Part shown: positions 1-12,133 of the stretch, one piece after another
Numbering within the stretch: the stretch's first letter is position 1
How the letters are laid out: every line of letters starts with the position of its first letter
From: Glaucostegus cemiculus
Lineage: Eukaryota
DNA: 64,000 nucleotides
Reading direction: 5' to 3'
NCBI GenBank assembly: GCA_976551045.1
Contig: CDPCPM010000115.1
Span: 8,122,001 to 8,186,000 of the forward strand
The notes under the pieces: model-generated
Database searches by the model: none
What the model saw: the letters and a program-made list of their open reading frames with translations, nothing else
What the model was told of the DNA's origin: nothing
Translations under genes and position numbers: made by a program

Positions 1-915
1 GTGGCATGAGATTTGGGAGAAAAATCAAAAAGTATGGAAAGAAATTCTAGATCATATATATTTATTAAAGAACCATTTGAAGGTCTGGCCAAATGCAGTA
101 TTTTTATGAAATCTGACGTTAACTGAAGAGATGTGTTTTAATTCATCATGAGCATTGTATTGTGAAAATCCGATCACATCTTTCACTCCATGGGTCATTG
201 TGACGGGAGTACAGTTCAGTACCCCTCCCGGTTAATCAAAAGAAAAACTTGGATATGCCTCCCCTTTAACAAGAGAAAGACGTGCATTTATGTGGATGCC
301 TTTTACACCATCAGGTTTCAAAGCCAATCCAGTTTTACAATGTAGGCAAGCAATTGTTCATTAACCAACCAGTTTTTTGTGATTTGCATGATATTTGGAA
401 ACACACCAGTGGTGGGGCTTTTGTCACTAACTTAAACCTTGCTTCAGAGCTGAACAAACTCTGTTCACACTCTTCTGTACACTGTTAACTTGCACTGTTG
501 TACCTAGGACCAGGCTCAGTCAATGAAGGTCAGCAGGTTAAGCATGCAAGTTGAGCCTTTCTTGAAACGTCTATATCTATAAATACCAGTACTTTCCTTC
601 AAGCCTTTTTTTACAGTTCTCTGGAATAGTGTCCTGCAACATTAATAGAATACCACCTGCAGGAAGTGATGGAATGCACACAGCAATGCCAGCTGAACTT
701 ATGTCTTTAATCGTTAGGCTATGCATGTAGATTTCACAGAAAGAAGTGGCAAACTTGCTTTTTTAACATTGGAAAGAAAATCCTTGTTACTTTTTCAGCC
801 TGTTAATAAATGTGTGGGGAATGCAAAGAAAAAATCATAAAGCTGCCCCTAGAATGTTTGGCAAAGAATGAATGGTATTGGAAAGATGGAGCAGTCTGTC
901 ATTTTGGAAGATATA

Positions 916-1819
<904 letters not shown>

Positions 1820-1995
1820 TAGATTAATCCCAGTCCATTGGGGGGGGGGAGGGGAGGAGTTGGGGGGAGGTTCTGATTAGTTGCAATTACAGCAATGGCA
1901 CTGAAAGGGAGCAGTAAGAAATCCTGGGACTCTTGGCTAGTGAGAAATGCAGGGTTTCCAATGTGGCAGTTCCAAGAGAGAAAACAATGGACGAA

Positions 1996-2290
1996 GGCAC
2001 AGTGGCACAGCTAGTAGAGCTGCTGCCTCACAGCTCCAGGTACCCAGGTTCCCCCGACCTCTAGTGCTGTTTGTGTGGAGTTCGCACATTCTCCCTGTGC
2101 CCCAGCTTCCTCCCACATCCCAAAGGCATGTGGTTTGGTGGAATAATTGGCCACTGTCCCTACTTTGAAGGTGAGGAGTGGAATTAATAGGAATGTGGGG
2201 AGAATAGATTACAGGAAAAAAATAGTGGGGAATAGGATTGCTCTATGAGCTGGCATAGACTCAACGGGTGGAATGGCTGCCTATATCATA
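1996..2290 (+). mobile_element. tRNA-derived SINE (HE1/V-SINE-like)
   Basis: GGCACAGTGGCACAGCTAGTAGAGCTGCTGCCTCACAGC head and GTGGAGTT-GCAC-TTCTCCCTGTG core shared with many copies in the window. Confidence 0.8.
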
Positions 2291-2584
2291 AAGAAATAGG
2301 GAATATAATCTCAGTACTAGGTCATCAGGTTCCAGAATTCAAGGGACTCATTGATACCATGCCAGTCTGTTCACCAAATGCTGGTGGTAGGAGCTTGAAA
2401 TTTCACAGGAGTTTCCAGAAGCTCTGGGTTTCCCGGTGGGCAGAGGCCGGAGCTGAGGGATCTCCCATGATTGCTGCAGGAAGTGCACTTTGGGAAGCAT
2501 ACAGAGGGGCACCAGGTCCATAGGCCACACATGGTGGGTTCAGACTCCTGGCTTAATATTCCTTGGGCAGTGTAGTGAAGGGAC

Positions 2585-2692
2585 AGCTGGGGAAACTCTG
2601 AAATGCTGGAAGAACTCAGCCAGTCAAACAGTCTCTGTGGAAAGAAAAACTAGTCAACATTTCAGGTCAGTGATCCTTCCTCAGAGCTGGGG
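2585..2692 (-). mobile_element. Penelope-type terminal repeat fragment with hammerhead-like core
   Basis: ATGCTGGA..ACTCAGC..GTCA..CTGTGGA motif. The - strand reads CTGAGGA..GAAATGTTGAC. Confidence 0.65.
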
Positions 2693-3399
2693 GCTTTTGA
2701 CAATTTTCCTTGGAAATGCCAGAATGGGTCAGATTTGCTGAGAAAGGCTTTAGATATTTTTATATGTTGTGACATTGTGGGCTTTTTAATAAGTTCCCTT
2801 TTTCCAGATTCAGCCGCTATCTGAATTTTTGGATAAGCCTTAGGACAAAAGAAAAAGAGATTAAATAATTGTCATTTAAAAACTACATTTCTATAGGCAG
2901 ACCATTCAATTCATACTGAATAATGGCATATGCTTTACTTTTTTTTGCTTAATGATCTATATCTTAGTATATATTTTTGATTTTTAATAGGATTAAATCA
3001 GATAAATATAAAGTGAGTTCCCAACACATTTGGTTGCTCTGTGATTCAGCAGTTGGTTAATTTTTTATTTCAGACAGCAACCTTGAACAACATCTGATGC
3101 AAGGACAGAGCTGTAGATGACTGACCAGCCCAAAATAGTGGGATAAGCTTTATAAACCTCTTCCCTCAACTGACATCCTGCAATCTTCATTCAGGATTTT
3201 GATGACTACTGTGGCTGTTTTCAGAGGCTCCTACTTTTCTGTGGGACATTCTGCACATGACAGTGATTTGTGCATTATCTGTTCTGGACCACATGCGAAT
3301 CAGAGTGTCAGTGTGACCAAATATTCATACCTGGGAGGCATTGTCAAGCTGAGAAGAATCATCTCATACCAGCGTACCACTCTGCTTCTGGACTACATA

Positions 3400-4495
3400 C
3401 CCTCCAGTCCCAAGCAAATTTCCACCATCCTCTGCCAATCCTAGACACCTTCCTTCAATCTTTGAGCACACTGTCCCAATTCCAGACCTCACCTTACTCA
3501 TCTAGAACAACCTCCACCAACTCTGGATCATCTTCTTCCAATCCTAGACCAATATCAGCTGAATCTAGACTGCTACCTTCCAATCCAAGGCCTTAGACCA
3601 CCTCCAATTATCTTAGACCAACTTCCACCAATCCTAGACTACTCTTCTCCAATCCAAGACCACTACCCTCCAGCACTAGACTAGCTTCCATCCACGCCAT
3701 AACATTTTCCTCCAATACTAGACCATGCTCCTCTAAACCTAAATCAGCCTCCTCCAAGCCCAGTTTTCTCCAATCCTACCCCTCATTCCACCAATTCTAA
3801 AATACAATCTTAGACCACCTTACTATCTATCCTGGGCTACAGTTGCAAACCATTTTACAGTGTTTCTGGACTATCCTCCTACAATCCTGAGCACTCCATC
3901 CAATACAATACCTCCACTCCCATCCCAGTCCAACCCAATCCTGGACAAACCTCCAATTCTAAATCACATTCCCTGACCTTTCTCAGCCACCTTCCACAAA
4001 CCTAAACCATCCTCTTCAGTTTCTAGATCTCAAGTTTCCAATTCTAGACTGACATTCACCAACATCTCCAATACAAGAACTTCCTCCTCATATCACTTCT
4101 TCCAAAATAAACCCGCAAGCCACCAATCCTAGATCGCCTTCCTCCAATCCTGGTCCAATCCTCTTTGGCTACGCTCCAATCTTGGGATACTTTCCTCTGA
4201 TCCCATACCCCTCTTCCAATCCTATTGTAAAGTCTTTCAGTCCTGGGTCACCCTCCAGCAATACCAGTAGACAGTTGTCCACCAACCCTACACCACCCTC
4301 CTTAAATCCTAGCCACCAAACCTCATTCCTAGACTTTTCAAATCCTCGGCCAACGTCTTCCCCTTATAAACCATGCTCCACCAACCTTAGATTACTTTCT
4401 ACCACCCTCCTGCTATTATGGACCAGCCTCCTCCTATGCTAGATCACCCTCCATCAATCGTGGATAACCATTATCCAATGCTAGATTGGCAACTC
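3400..4495. repeat. Degenerate C-rich minisatellite, about 20-bp unit (~TCCACCAATCCTAGACCACC)
   Basis: Recurring CCAATCCTAGAC/CCAATCC variants over about 1.1 kb, with strong C-over-G skew. Confidence 0.8.
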
Positions 4496-5924
4496 CAATA
4501 ATAAACACTGTTTTTAAAATAAGTGATTTGGAGGAGCAGGAGTTGGCAAAACCTGTTCCAATTGGCCCAAAATTGTACCTTCTGTGAGTTTGAAAATTTT
4601 AAGTAACTTCTGTGTCCTCTCATGCCACTGAGTTTCCCAACTCCAGCCACTGGGCATTGCAACCATCTCTGACATGAGTATTTAGATACAGAGACCTGGC
4701 TTGATGTACTCAAATCCAGAACTCTTGGAACTTATTTCAAGAAGAGTTCACAATGGACATGAAAATATGCAACAACAGATTAAGGGATAGAGTGAATTAT
4801 CTGTCTGGCAGCACACCAGTTGCTGGTGAGTCTTCCTAGACAGATGCATTCCTTTTGTTGTTAGCCCATGACTGATTTGGAGCAGCAGGAATTAGCAAAC
4901 AATGTTGGCAGGGCCAAAGCTGTACGATCTGCTTATGGTCAGAGATAAAACCTTTCAAAATGTTTAAGCAACATTTGCATATACTCCTGCCATTAATGTT
5001 TCTACAGTGACACTCCATATCACATCTGAAGTCAAGGGTTGGGGCTGTAATGAGTATTAAAGCTTTTGACTGAAATCCAGTTATAGTTTCAAGGAGTGTG
5101 AGTGTGAAATGTTGTGTTGATTCCCATGAATTCTTGGTGGAGGTAGAAATGTAGAGTGCAATAGAGTAAAATTCAGGGGTCTGGAGATGCCACTGCTTAC
5201 AAATCAGTTGAAAGCCACAAAATACATCCTTCCTCCTTTTGATTTCAGATCAAATGCATTTTAAATATAATTTAGAAAAAAAAGAAATTATATTTTCAGA
5301 AAAGAGATTCAATAAATTCCAGAGCAGTTGTTTACTGTTGGTTTTCCCACCCTGATCATATCCACTTGCCCATCAGCTGTCGGCCTCCATAGATATACAA
5401 TCAGTCCATCGGTAACAGTTAGCAAACAGCTTGCCCAGCCATAGTTTTTAGAAGTTTTTCCTTTGGCCTTTAAGGCAAACTAGAGAGAGTGAGGAGATGG
5501 AATGACTAATACCACTGCGATGCTGGCAACTTCCATCTTAATCGGGAACAGACAGGACAAATAGGATTAGTAGTGGGAGGAAGGACCCGCTTTGTGAAGA
5601 CCTTTTGTTCCTTGCACAATTGTCCATCCCTTGCTGAGCGCTCAGTAAATCCCACCGCAACTTTAAGAAGAAGTATTTGCAATTATATGCTGCCTTTTGC
5701 TTCAGGATGTCCTGAAATGCTTTGCAATCAGATAGTAGTCCAGAGACTTAGTAAAAAGATGTAGGCCAAGAATTCTGAGGCAGTTCTGCTCCACTCTTCC
5801 AGGTTCAGGGAAAAGATCTGATGACGTTATTTCAAAGAGTAGGCATCTATGCCGGTAGGAGAAAGGCAACGCATCTCTTGCTGCCAGTTGTACCTGCATG
5901 GGCAGCATTCTTGTAACATAGTCA

Positions 5925-6620
5925 CTGGGTTACGGAGTCAAGCTCCAGTTGAGAGCTTTGAGCACAGGTCTAGACTGTGACAAGGGAGTGCTCCACTATT
6001 GGATGAGATGCTAAACCAAGGTCCAACCTGCTGTTGGGTTGAAATAAAAGACCCCAATAGTACTACTTTGAGTAAGAGAAAGGGAATTCCTTTGATATCA
6101 AGCCAATATTTATATATTAAGCATCATGAACAGAAGTGATCTTGGATCTTGCTGAGCACAGGTTGCCTGCTATGTTTCATAAATCACAAGATAACAAGAC
6201 AAGGGAGCAGAAGTAGACCATTCAGCCCATCGAATCTGCTCCAAAGGGAAGGGGGGAGAAAGGGGGGGGAGAAAAAATTATTCTAACCCCAAATTCCAGC
6301 CTTACCTCCGTATCTCTTGATACCTTGACCAATTAGATATCTATCTATCTCCTTTTTGAATATCTCCAATGATCTGGCCTCCACTACCTTCTGTGGCAAG
6401 GAATTCCATAAATTCACCACCCTCTGGCTAAAGGAATTTCTCCTCATCTCTGTTTTAAACCTGTACCCTCTAATTCTAAGGTTGTGCCCTCTGGTCCTGG
6501 ACTCCCCCACCAAGGGAAACAGCTTGGCCACATAAGTAACGGTAACTACTCTTCAAATACACTGTTCTCTGACTAATACCTTGGCTGTAAGAAGTTTTTT
6601 TTGTCGTCCTAAATTCATGA
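5925..6620 (+). mobile_element. Deu-domain SINE (SacSINE1/AmnSINE-like), interrupted by a CR1
   Basis: GGATGAGATGCTAAACCAAGGTCC...AAAGACCCCAATAGTACTACTTTGA...GGATCTTGCTG resembles the recalled Deu domain. The tail resumes at about 6535 (AACGGTAACTACTCTTCAAA..TTGGCTGTAA). Confidence 0.6.
6187..6533 (-). mobile_element. CR1 LINE 3' end (5'-truncated, relatively young)
   Basis: ORF 6283-6531 LFPLVGESRTRGHNLRIRG..FSQRVVNLWNSLP is the CR1 ORF2 C-terminus, followed by a 3'UTR and tail. Confidence 0.9.
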
Positions 6621-6621
6621 A

Positions 6622-6835
6622 TGAAAGAAAACAGAAAATGCTGGAAGCACCCAGCAGGTCAGGCAGCATTAAGTTAGCTTAATAGCTTGGGTTAATTTAG
6701 TAACCCAAGTTAGCTTAAACTTGCAGGGAAGGTGGGGGATGGATGAATAGGAGAAAGGGAATATCTGTGATAAGGTGAGACCAGGGTTGCTGTGGAGGTA
6801 AGTTTTTATGCAATACAATGCAATGTGTTGACAAT
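6622..6835 (-). mobile_element. Penelope-type terminal repeat fragment
   Basis: AAACAGAAAATGCTGGAAGCACCCAGCAGGTCAGGCAGCAT; homologous to 56237-56436. Confidence 0.7.
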
Positions 6836-6929
6836 TGGAGGCAAGGGTACACGAAGGGAGAGGGTGAAAAATACTGAGTGAATATTCACATTGAACATTC
6901 AGAACTTCATAAAACTGTGTCATGGGCTC

Positions 6930-7110
6930 TTGAGAGAACAGAGAGGACCTTGGTTTGATATTTCTCCTAAAAGATGACTCCTCTGATGGAACAGCACTCC
7001 CTTAATACTGGACAGAATTATAGCCTATATTTTAAAGTCTGTGAAGTGGGACTTAAACCCACAATCTTCTGACTCAGGAACAGGAATACTACCAACTGTC
7101 CTAGGCTGAG
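6930..7110 (-). mobile_element. Deu-domain SINE 5' part
   Basis: GGACCTTGGTTT..CAGCACTCCCT..AACCCACAATCTTCTGACTCAG is the reverse complement of the 5925 family. Confidence 0.55.
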
Positions 7111-8022
7111 TTAGCACAATTCATGCAATCCTGAAATTACATAACCATTTAATTAATTTGTGGATTGCACTATGAATGTGCAGCACTGTGAATGTGCAGC
7201 GCCACATAAACTGAACCTTCAGATGAACTGAAAGCTCAATGGCACATTGTGAAAATGAAAGAGAAGGGTCACATGTAGGAAGCTGACGCAGGAGGAGGTC
7301 CTTCCAGTGGACCTTGCTAAACAATTGGATTGTGGCTACAGGACTCCGTCCCTTAACTCCTTCAGAACCCAAGACTCAATTGATCTCAGCTTTGAATACA
7401 CTCATTGAAAGTCTCGGGGTTAGGGAATTCCAAAGGTTCACAGCCTTTGGACCACAGAAGGGCAGTTCCATCTGACATCGGGCCAGTACTTATGAATCAA
7501 GCATCACCATAGGGAGTAGTTGTGGGATCTTGCTGTGCATTGATCAGCTGCCAAGAGTGCTCTTTATCTCTGCCTGGCTTTACTCACTCCTTATTCTGAG
7601 ACCATGCCTCTTAATTTTAGACTCTGTGGCCTGGAAAATAAATCTCAGACCCAAGGGAAGAAGGTTGAAGCAAGGCGACAAACACCTTTATGTTGTCCAA
7701 CAGTCTCAGCTGGATGACTGAAAACCCTTTTCAGATGTAACAGTAGTAATATGTTTGATAGAGAGTGAATGGTTATGGGAGTGGATAGGGAGATGTTTGG
7801 TCTAATATAATTTCTATCTGAAGCCTGAAGGGATTATGAGATGCAAGAATATCATCTGCATGAAGGTGGAATAAAATGACAGGCATCACTTTTAAGGCAT
7901 GGGAGCAGTTGGTTACATTGAAGAAGCTGTGGAGGTGGCCTCTGGTTTAGAGGCTATGTGGACTCGGTGTAATAAACTTCCAAGCTCAGGACCCATAAGC
8001 ATCTTCCCATTGAGAAATAAGA

Positions 8023-8553
8023 GGGGCAGCACAGTGGCGCAGCTGGTAGAGCTGCTGTCTCACAGATCCAGAGACCTGGGTTCAATCCCGACCTCCAGTG
8101 CCGCCCGTGTGGAGTTTGCATGCTCTCCCTGTGACCATGTGGGCTTGATACAGGTGCTCCATTTCCCTCCCACACCTCAAAGACGTGCAGGTTGGTGGAT
8201 TTACTGGCCGCTGTTAATTGTGAGTGTATGTAGTGAGTGGTAGAATCTGGGAAGGGTTGATGGGAATGCGGGAAGAATAAAATGAGATTAGTGTATGGTT
8301 AGTATAAAAGGGTCCTGAGGCAGGGACTCAGCCTGAAACATCAGCCTCGATAACACCTGATGCAAGGTCCTGCCCTGAACCATCGGCCATCCCCCTGCCT
8401 GCACAGATGCTGCTCTACCCACTAAGTTCTTCCAGCGGGTTGTTTTTTGCTCCGGAATCCAGTATCTGCAGTCGCTTCTGTCTCCATAGTGGTTGATGGT
8501 CCACACAGACTTGGTGGGCTGAAGGGCCTGTTTCCACGCTGCATCTCTCTGTG
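8023..8553 (+). mobile_element. HE1-like SINE containing a Penelope-type insert (about 8311-8486)
   Basis: tRNA head with A and B boxes (TGGCGCAGCTGG, GGTTCAATCCC) and a CR1-like tail GGGCTGAAGGGCCTGTTTCC. The body is interrupted by CCTGATGCAAGG..AGATGCTGC. Confidence 0.85.
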
Positions 8554-8645
8554 TTGCTAAATCATCTAGCAGCTATGACCTGTTGGAGTGAATTGTGAGG
8601 GGAGGGGTTGGTAGGTGGTTCAGCCAGACTTTGAGGAGAAGGTGG

Positions 8646-9425
8646 TGTTGTGAGAAATCAACATGGATGTCACGTGACAGTAATGACACTGACCCCCACT
8701 GACCAGAGGACAGCATTGCTCCTCCGATCGGAAGTGATACTACTGTCAATCAAGGTGCGGCTCCACCCACCCCTCAGGTGTGAGAGTGTCTTTTGACTCT
8801 GAACCTGTCTGACCAGCACCGTTTGTCTCTGAACTTGCTTGACCATTGGCTGTGGCAGAGACCCTTGTCCTTGACCTCCCCACTATTGGCTCCTTCAAAT
8901 CATAACAGTAAGGCTCCAGCCAGCCTCCCAGCACCATAAAAAGGGCTGAACCCCCTACCCCTGCCTCTTTTATGACCCCCGGGAGTAGTGAGACCACACT
9001 GCAGAGATCACTGGTAAGACTGCATCACCACATGGTCAGGAAGCGTTCTAATCAGACTCTGGGTAGTTTTAGAGCCAATGCTAGGGTGGGCCCAGCATTG
9101 AAGTGTTATATCCTGANNNNNNNNNNNNNNNNNNNNNNNNNNNNNNNNNNNNNNNNNNNNNNNNNNNNNNNNNNNNNNNNNNNNNNNNNNNNNNNNNNNN
9201 NNNNNNNNNNNNNNNNNNNNNNNNNNNNNNNNNNNNNNNNNNNNNNNNNNNNNNNNNNNNNNNNNNCTCTCTTGTGTTCGTGGTATCCTGTGTGAGTGAG
9301 TGTGTGTCTGTTCCCATCCATTCTGTCCCTGCGTTTGCCTTTGTGATTAAACTAGTTTTGATCTACAAAGCTGGTGTTTAGAGTCTTTGATCCTTAAGAC
9401 AGTGAAAGAACCATTTCACACAACA
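8646..9425 (+). mobile_element. LTR (solo or assembly-collapsed LTR retrotransposon)
   Basis: TGTTGTG...CACAACA termini, perfect 5-bp TSD GGTGG (8641-8645 and 9426-9430), TATA-like CATAAAAAG at about 8935, ATTAAA at about 9346. Confidence 0.85.
9117..9266. other. Assembly gap (150 N)
   Basis: Run of N. Confidence 1.
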
Positions 9426-11059
9426 GGTGGGAATAGGCCATTTTGGCATTAGTTTAGTGGAACATCTTACAGTTGAACATCCAGACTTGCAAGACTACCA
9501 CACCTCCCCACCTCCAACCAACGGTGTCCCAAAAGGCTGAAAGAAATAAGAATTTTATGATCACATTGAAGGCTCATTAACACCTAGAGATTCAGGGTCT
9601 GTACAAGAAGAATCAAGTTGCAGTGTTCTGGACATTGAATCATAGGGTTTGCGAAACAGGTGTAAAGTAGACCCATCATTTACTGTTGGGCTCACCATTT
9701 CCAACCTCGCCCCTTGTTTCTTGCCTGTCAAGGAACATTCCATCCATACTGCTGCACTTGCTTTTGTGAAATAATATGGTCAATAGATCCAGAGAGGAAA
9801 AAGGGTTGGGAGTGGGGGTGGGTGCAGAAGGAAGAAAGAGAGCCCAGAAACCCCCTCGCGGATACAGAGTCAAGGAGATGAACCAACAAATAGAAATCAG
9901 ATGGAGCAATCCAAGGGGAAGCTAGTTTGTCGATGGTGATCATTGTTCAAAAAAGCACTCCATGTTAGTGCTAGTATTTGGAATGTACCGAGAAGGGAAA
10001 AAAAGGACTAGTAAATGTCAGAAGTGCTACATATCGCCCTGTTAGATGTACATAAATAATGTTACATGAAAGAACAAACCCACCACCTTAAAGTTTTAGT
10101 TCAAGGGAACAGTACAAACCGTGAGCTTTGATGATGTACTTATACCCAATAATTGGAATCAGGTTTCAATGGAAGTCCTCCAGCTGCACTTTGTTATACC
10201 ATCGAATGCATAAAAAAATGCTCCATTTTTTGATAAAATGGAAACAGCAGCTGGAGCCATTTTAACTCTGTTATTTGCGAATCCAATAGGAGACGTAAGT
10301 GTGGCAAATGCTTTGAGGATTAATGGTGTCATAAGATGAATTAAAGACCATACTCTTGTACAGATTATTGATTTATTTAAATTGTAAATGGAAGTGGAGC
10401 ACAAACAAGTATGTAAAGAAGGTCAAGGGGAGGTTTGCGAAGTGTCAAATTAGTTAACAATATATGAGTTATTTTGCAATTGGATAATACATGTGTAGAC
10501 ACATGCTTTGAACACAGGAAAATGTTGGCACGACACTCCTGTGGCCAACTGTTGCCATCAGAGCAGATTTCTCCTCTGTCTGATGCTCACGCCAGCCCAT
10601 TTACACATTACACATTGCCACCATTACTTCCTCAATCTGCCCCAAAATTAACTGTGGTTCATCCCCAGAGACAGACATTCAATGTGTGCAGAAGGGGAAT
10701 CTCAGTGCTAGGATATTTCAAATCTATTCTCGATCCTTTTGAGAGTTTTGAGGCTCACAAGTCGTCTTGACCAATTTATTGCATTGACTGTACTTTTATA
10801 GTCGCTCCATAAAAACAACTCCTTCACACCACCCTCTACACCCATTCTTTCTTGCCTTACCCTTTTAAGGTGCTGCAGTGGGAACCCAGCCAGTTTTCAT
10901 CCCACCGGATCCCCCACCCTCCTGAAAACTGATCTGCCGATGAGTACTGACTGCAGGTTAATGAGTTGACTTAACCTTCCATCAAGTACCCATCCAGTCT
11001 ATGCCAGACTGGATGCTAAAGTCACAGTGCAGGAGGCTATAGATGCTCACCTCCAAGAA

Positions 11060-11160
11060 AAATGAACTGCTGGAACAACTCAGCGGGTCAGGCAGCATCT
11101 GTGGAGGCAAATGGACAGTCGACATTTCAGGTCAAGACCCATCACCCCTACCTGCACATA
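11060..11160 (-). mobile_element. Penelope-type terminal repeat fragment
   Basis: GCTGGAACAACTCAGCGGGTCAGGCAGCATCTGTGGAGG..GTCGACATTTCAGGTCAAGACCC. Confidence 0.7.
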
Positions 11161-11184
11161 GGTAAAAGAACAATTGAGATCCCA

Positions 11185-11312
11185 TGGTGGCACAGTTAGT
11201 GGAGTTGCTGCTGCATAACTCCAGCGACACAGGTTCAATCCCAACCTCCGGTGCTCTCTGTATGGAGTTTGCATGTTCTACCCTGTGAACTCACGGATTT
11301 CCTCCAGTTCCT
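11185..11312 (+). mobile_element. HE1-like SINE 5' half
   Basis: GGTGGCACAG..GGTTCAATCCC..GGAGTTTGCATGTTCT. Confidence 0.75.
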
Positions 11313-11319
11313 CCAGAGA

Positions 11320-11650
11320 CGTACAGAACACGTTCAGGCCCACTGAGTCTGCACTGACCATCAACCACCCATTTACATCAATCCCATTTTATTCTCCCCA
11401 CATTCCCATCAAATCCCTGCAGATTCTACCATCCATCTACACACTAGGGACAATTTACAGCAACCTACCTATCAACATGTCATTGGGATGTGGGAGGAAA
11501 CCAGAGTACTTGGATGGGGGGGCGGGGGTAAACAACACAATCACAGGGAGAACATGCAAACTCCACACAGACAGCATCCGAGGTCAGGATAGAACTGGGG
11601 TCTCTGGAGCTGTGAGGCAGCGGCTCAACCAGCTGTGCCACAGTGCAGCA
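11320..11650 (-). mobile_element. HE1-like SINE, near full length
   Basis: Reverse complement of the 8023 family (AACATGCAAACTCCACACAGACAGCA..CTGTGAGGCAGC). Confidence 0.85.
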
Positions 11651-12094
11651 ACATAAACATACCCTCAGCTGGCTGAGTATAGAGGGCAAATTGATCCCTA
11701 AAGCAGTCATGATGGCAGCAGCCAAAATATTTTACCTGGCTAGAGGCCACAAGTAGGGTTAGGAAAATTTATTAAATTGTTACCATAAACCCCAGGAGGA
11801 CATGCATTATTTGGAAGAAATTGAATAGAACACGGTCAGCAAGCGTCCAATCATATCACAGGAAAACTCCATGTTAAAGCTTTGCAAAGAAATTGAAAAC
11901 TGCATCAATAAGAGTATTTTCAGGCACTCACCATGAGGTAGTTTGCCTTTGACCAGAGGCTTCAAATATTCACCGTGTTTCCGAGAGATTGATTGAAACA
12001 GGACATTTTATTGCCAGAACTTTGAGCTGTTCCTTAGAGTCTGGGATAGGGATGGCACTGTTGGAGACTGGAGTACAGGGTGTCAGAATATGAA

Positions 12095-12133
12095 ACACAC
12101 ACACAAACACACACACACACACACACACACACA
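12095..12133. repeat. (CA)n microsatellite
   Basis: Directly visible, with one interruption. Confidence 0.95.

Noticed and set aside
2808-3130. Acceptor 2807, donor 3013 and acceptor 3073 as exons
   Set aside because: The implied intron is only 61 nt and the AT-rich exon has no sustained open frame.
3400-4495. CRISPR-like array or mucin-like CDS
   Set aside because: Units are degenerate and contiguous without unique spacers, the context is eukaryotic, and frames are interrupted by stops.
8972-9381. ORFs spanning X runs
   Set aside because: Artefacts of the 150-N gap.
10991-11015. 10-bp hairpin CATCCAGTCT-ATGCC-AGACTGGATG
   Set aside because: Short enough to occur about once by chance in 64 kb, with no supporting context.
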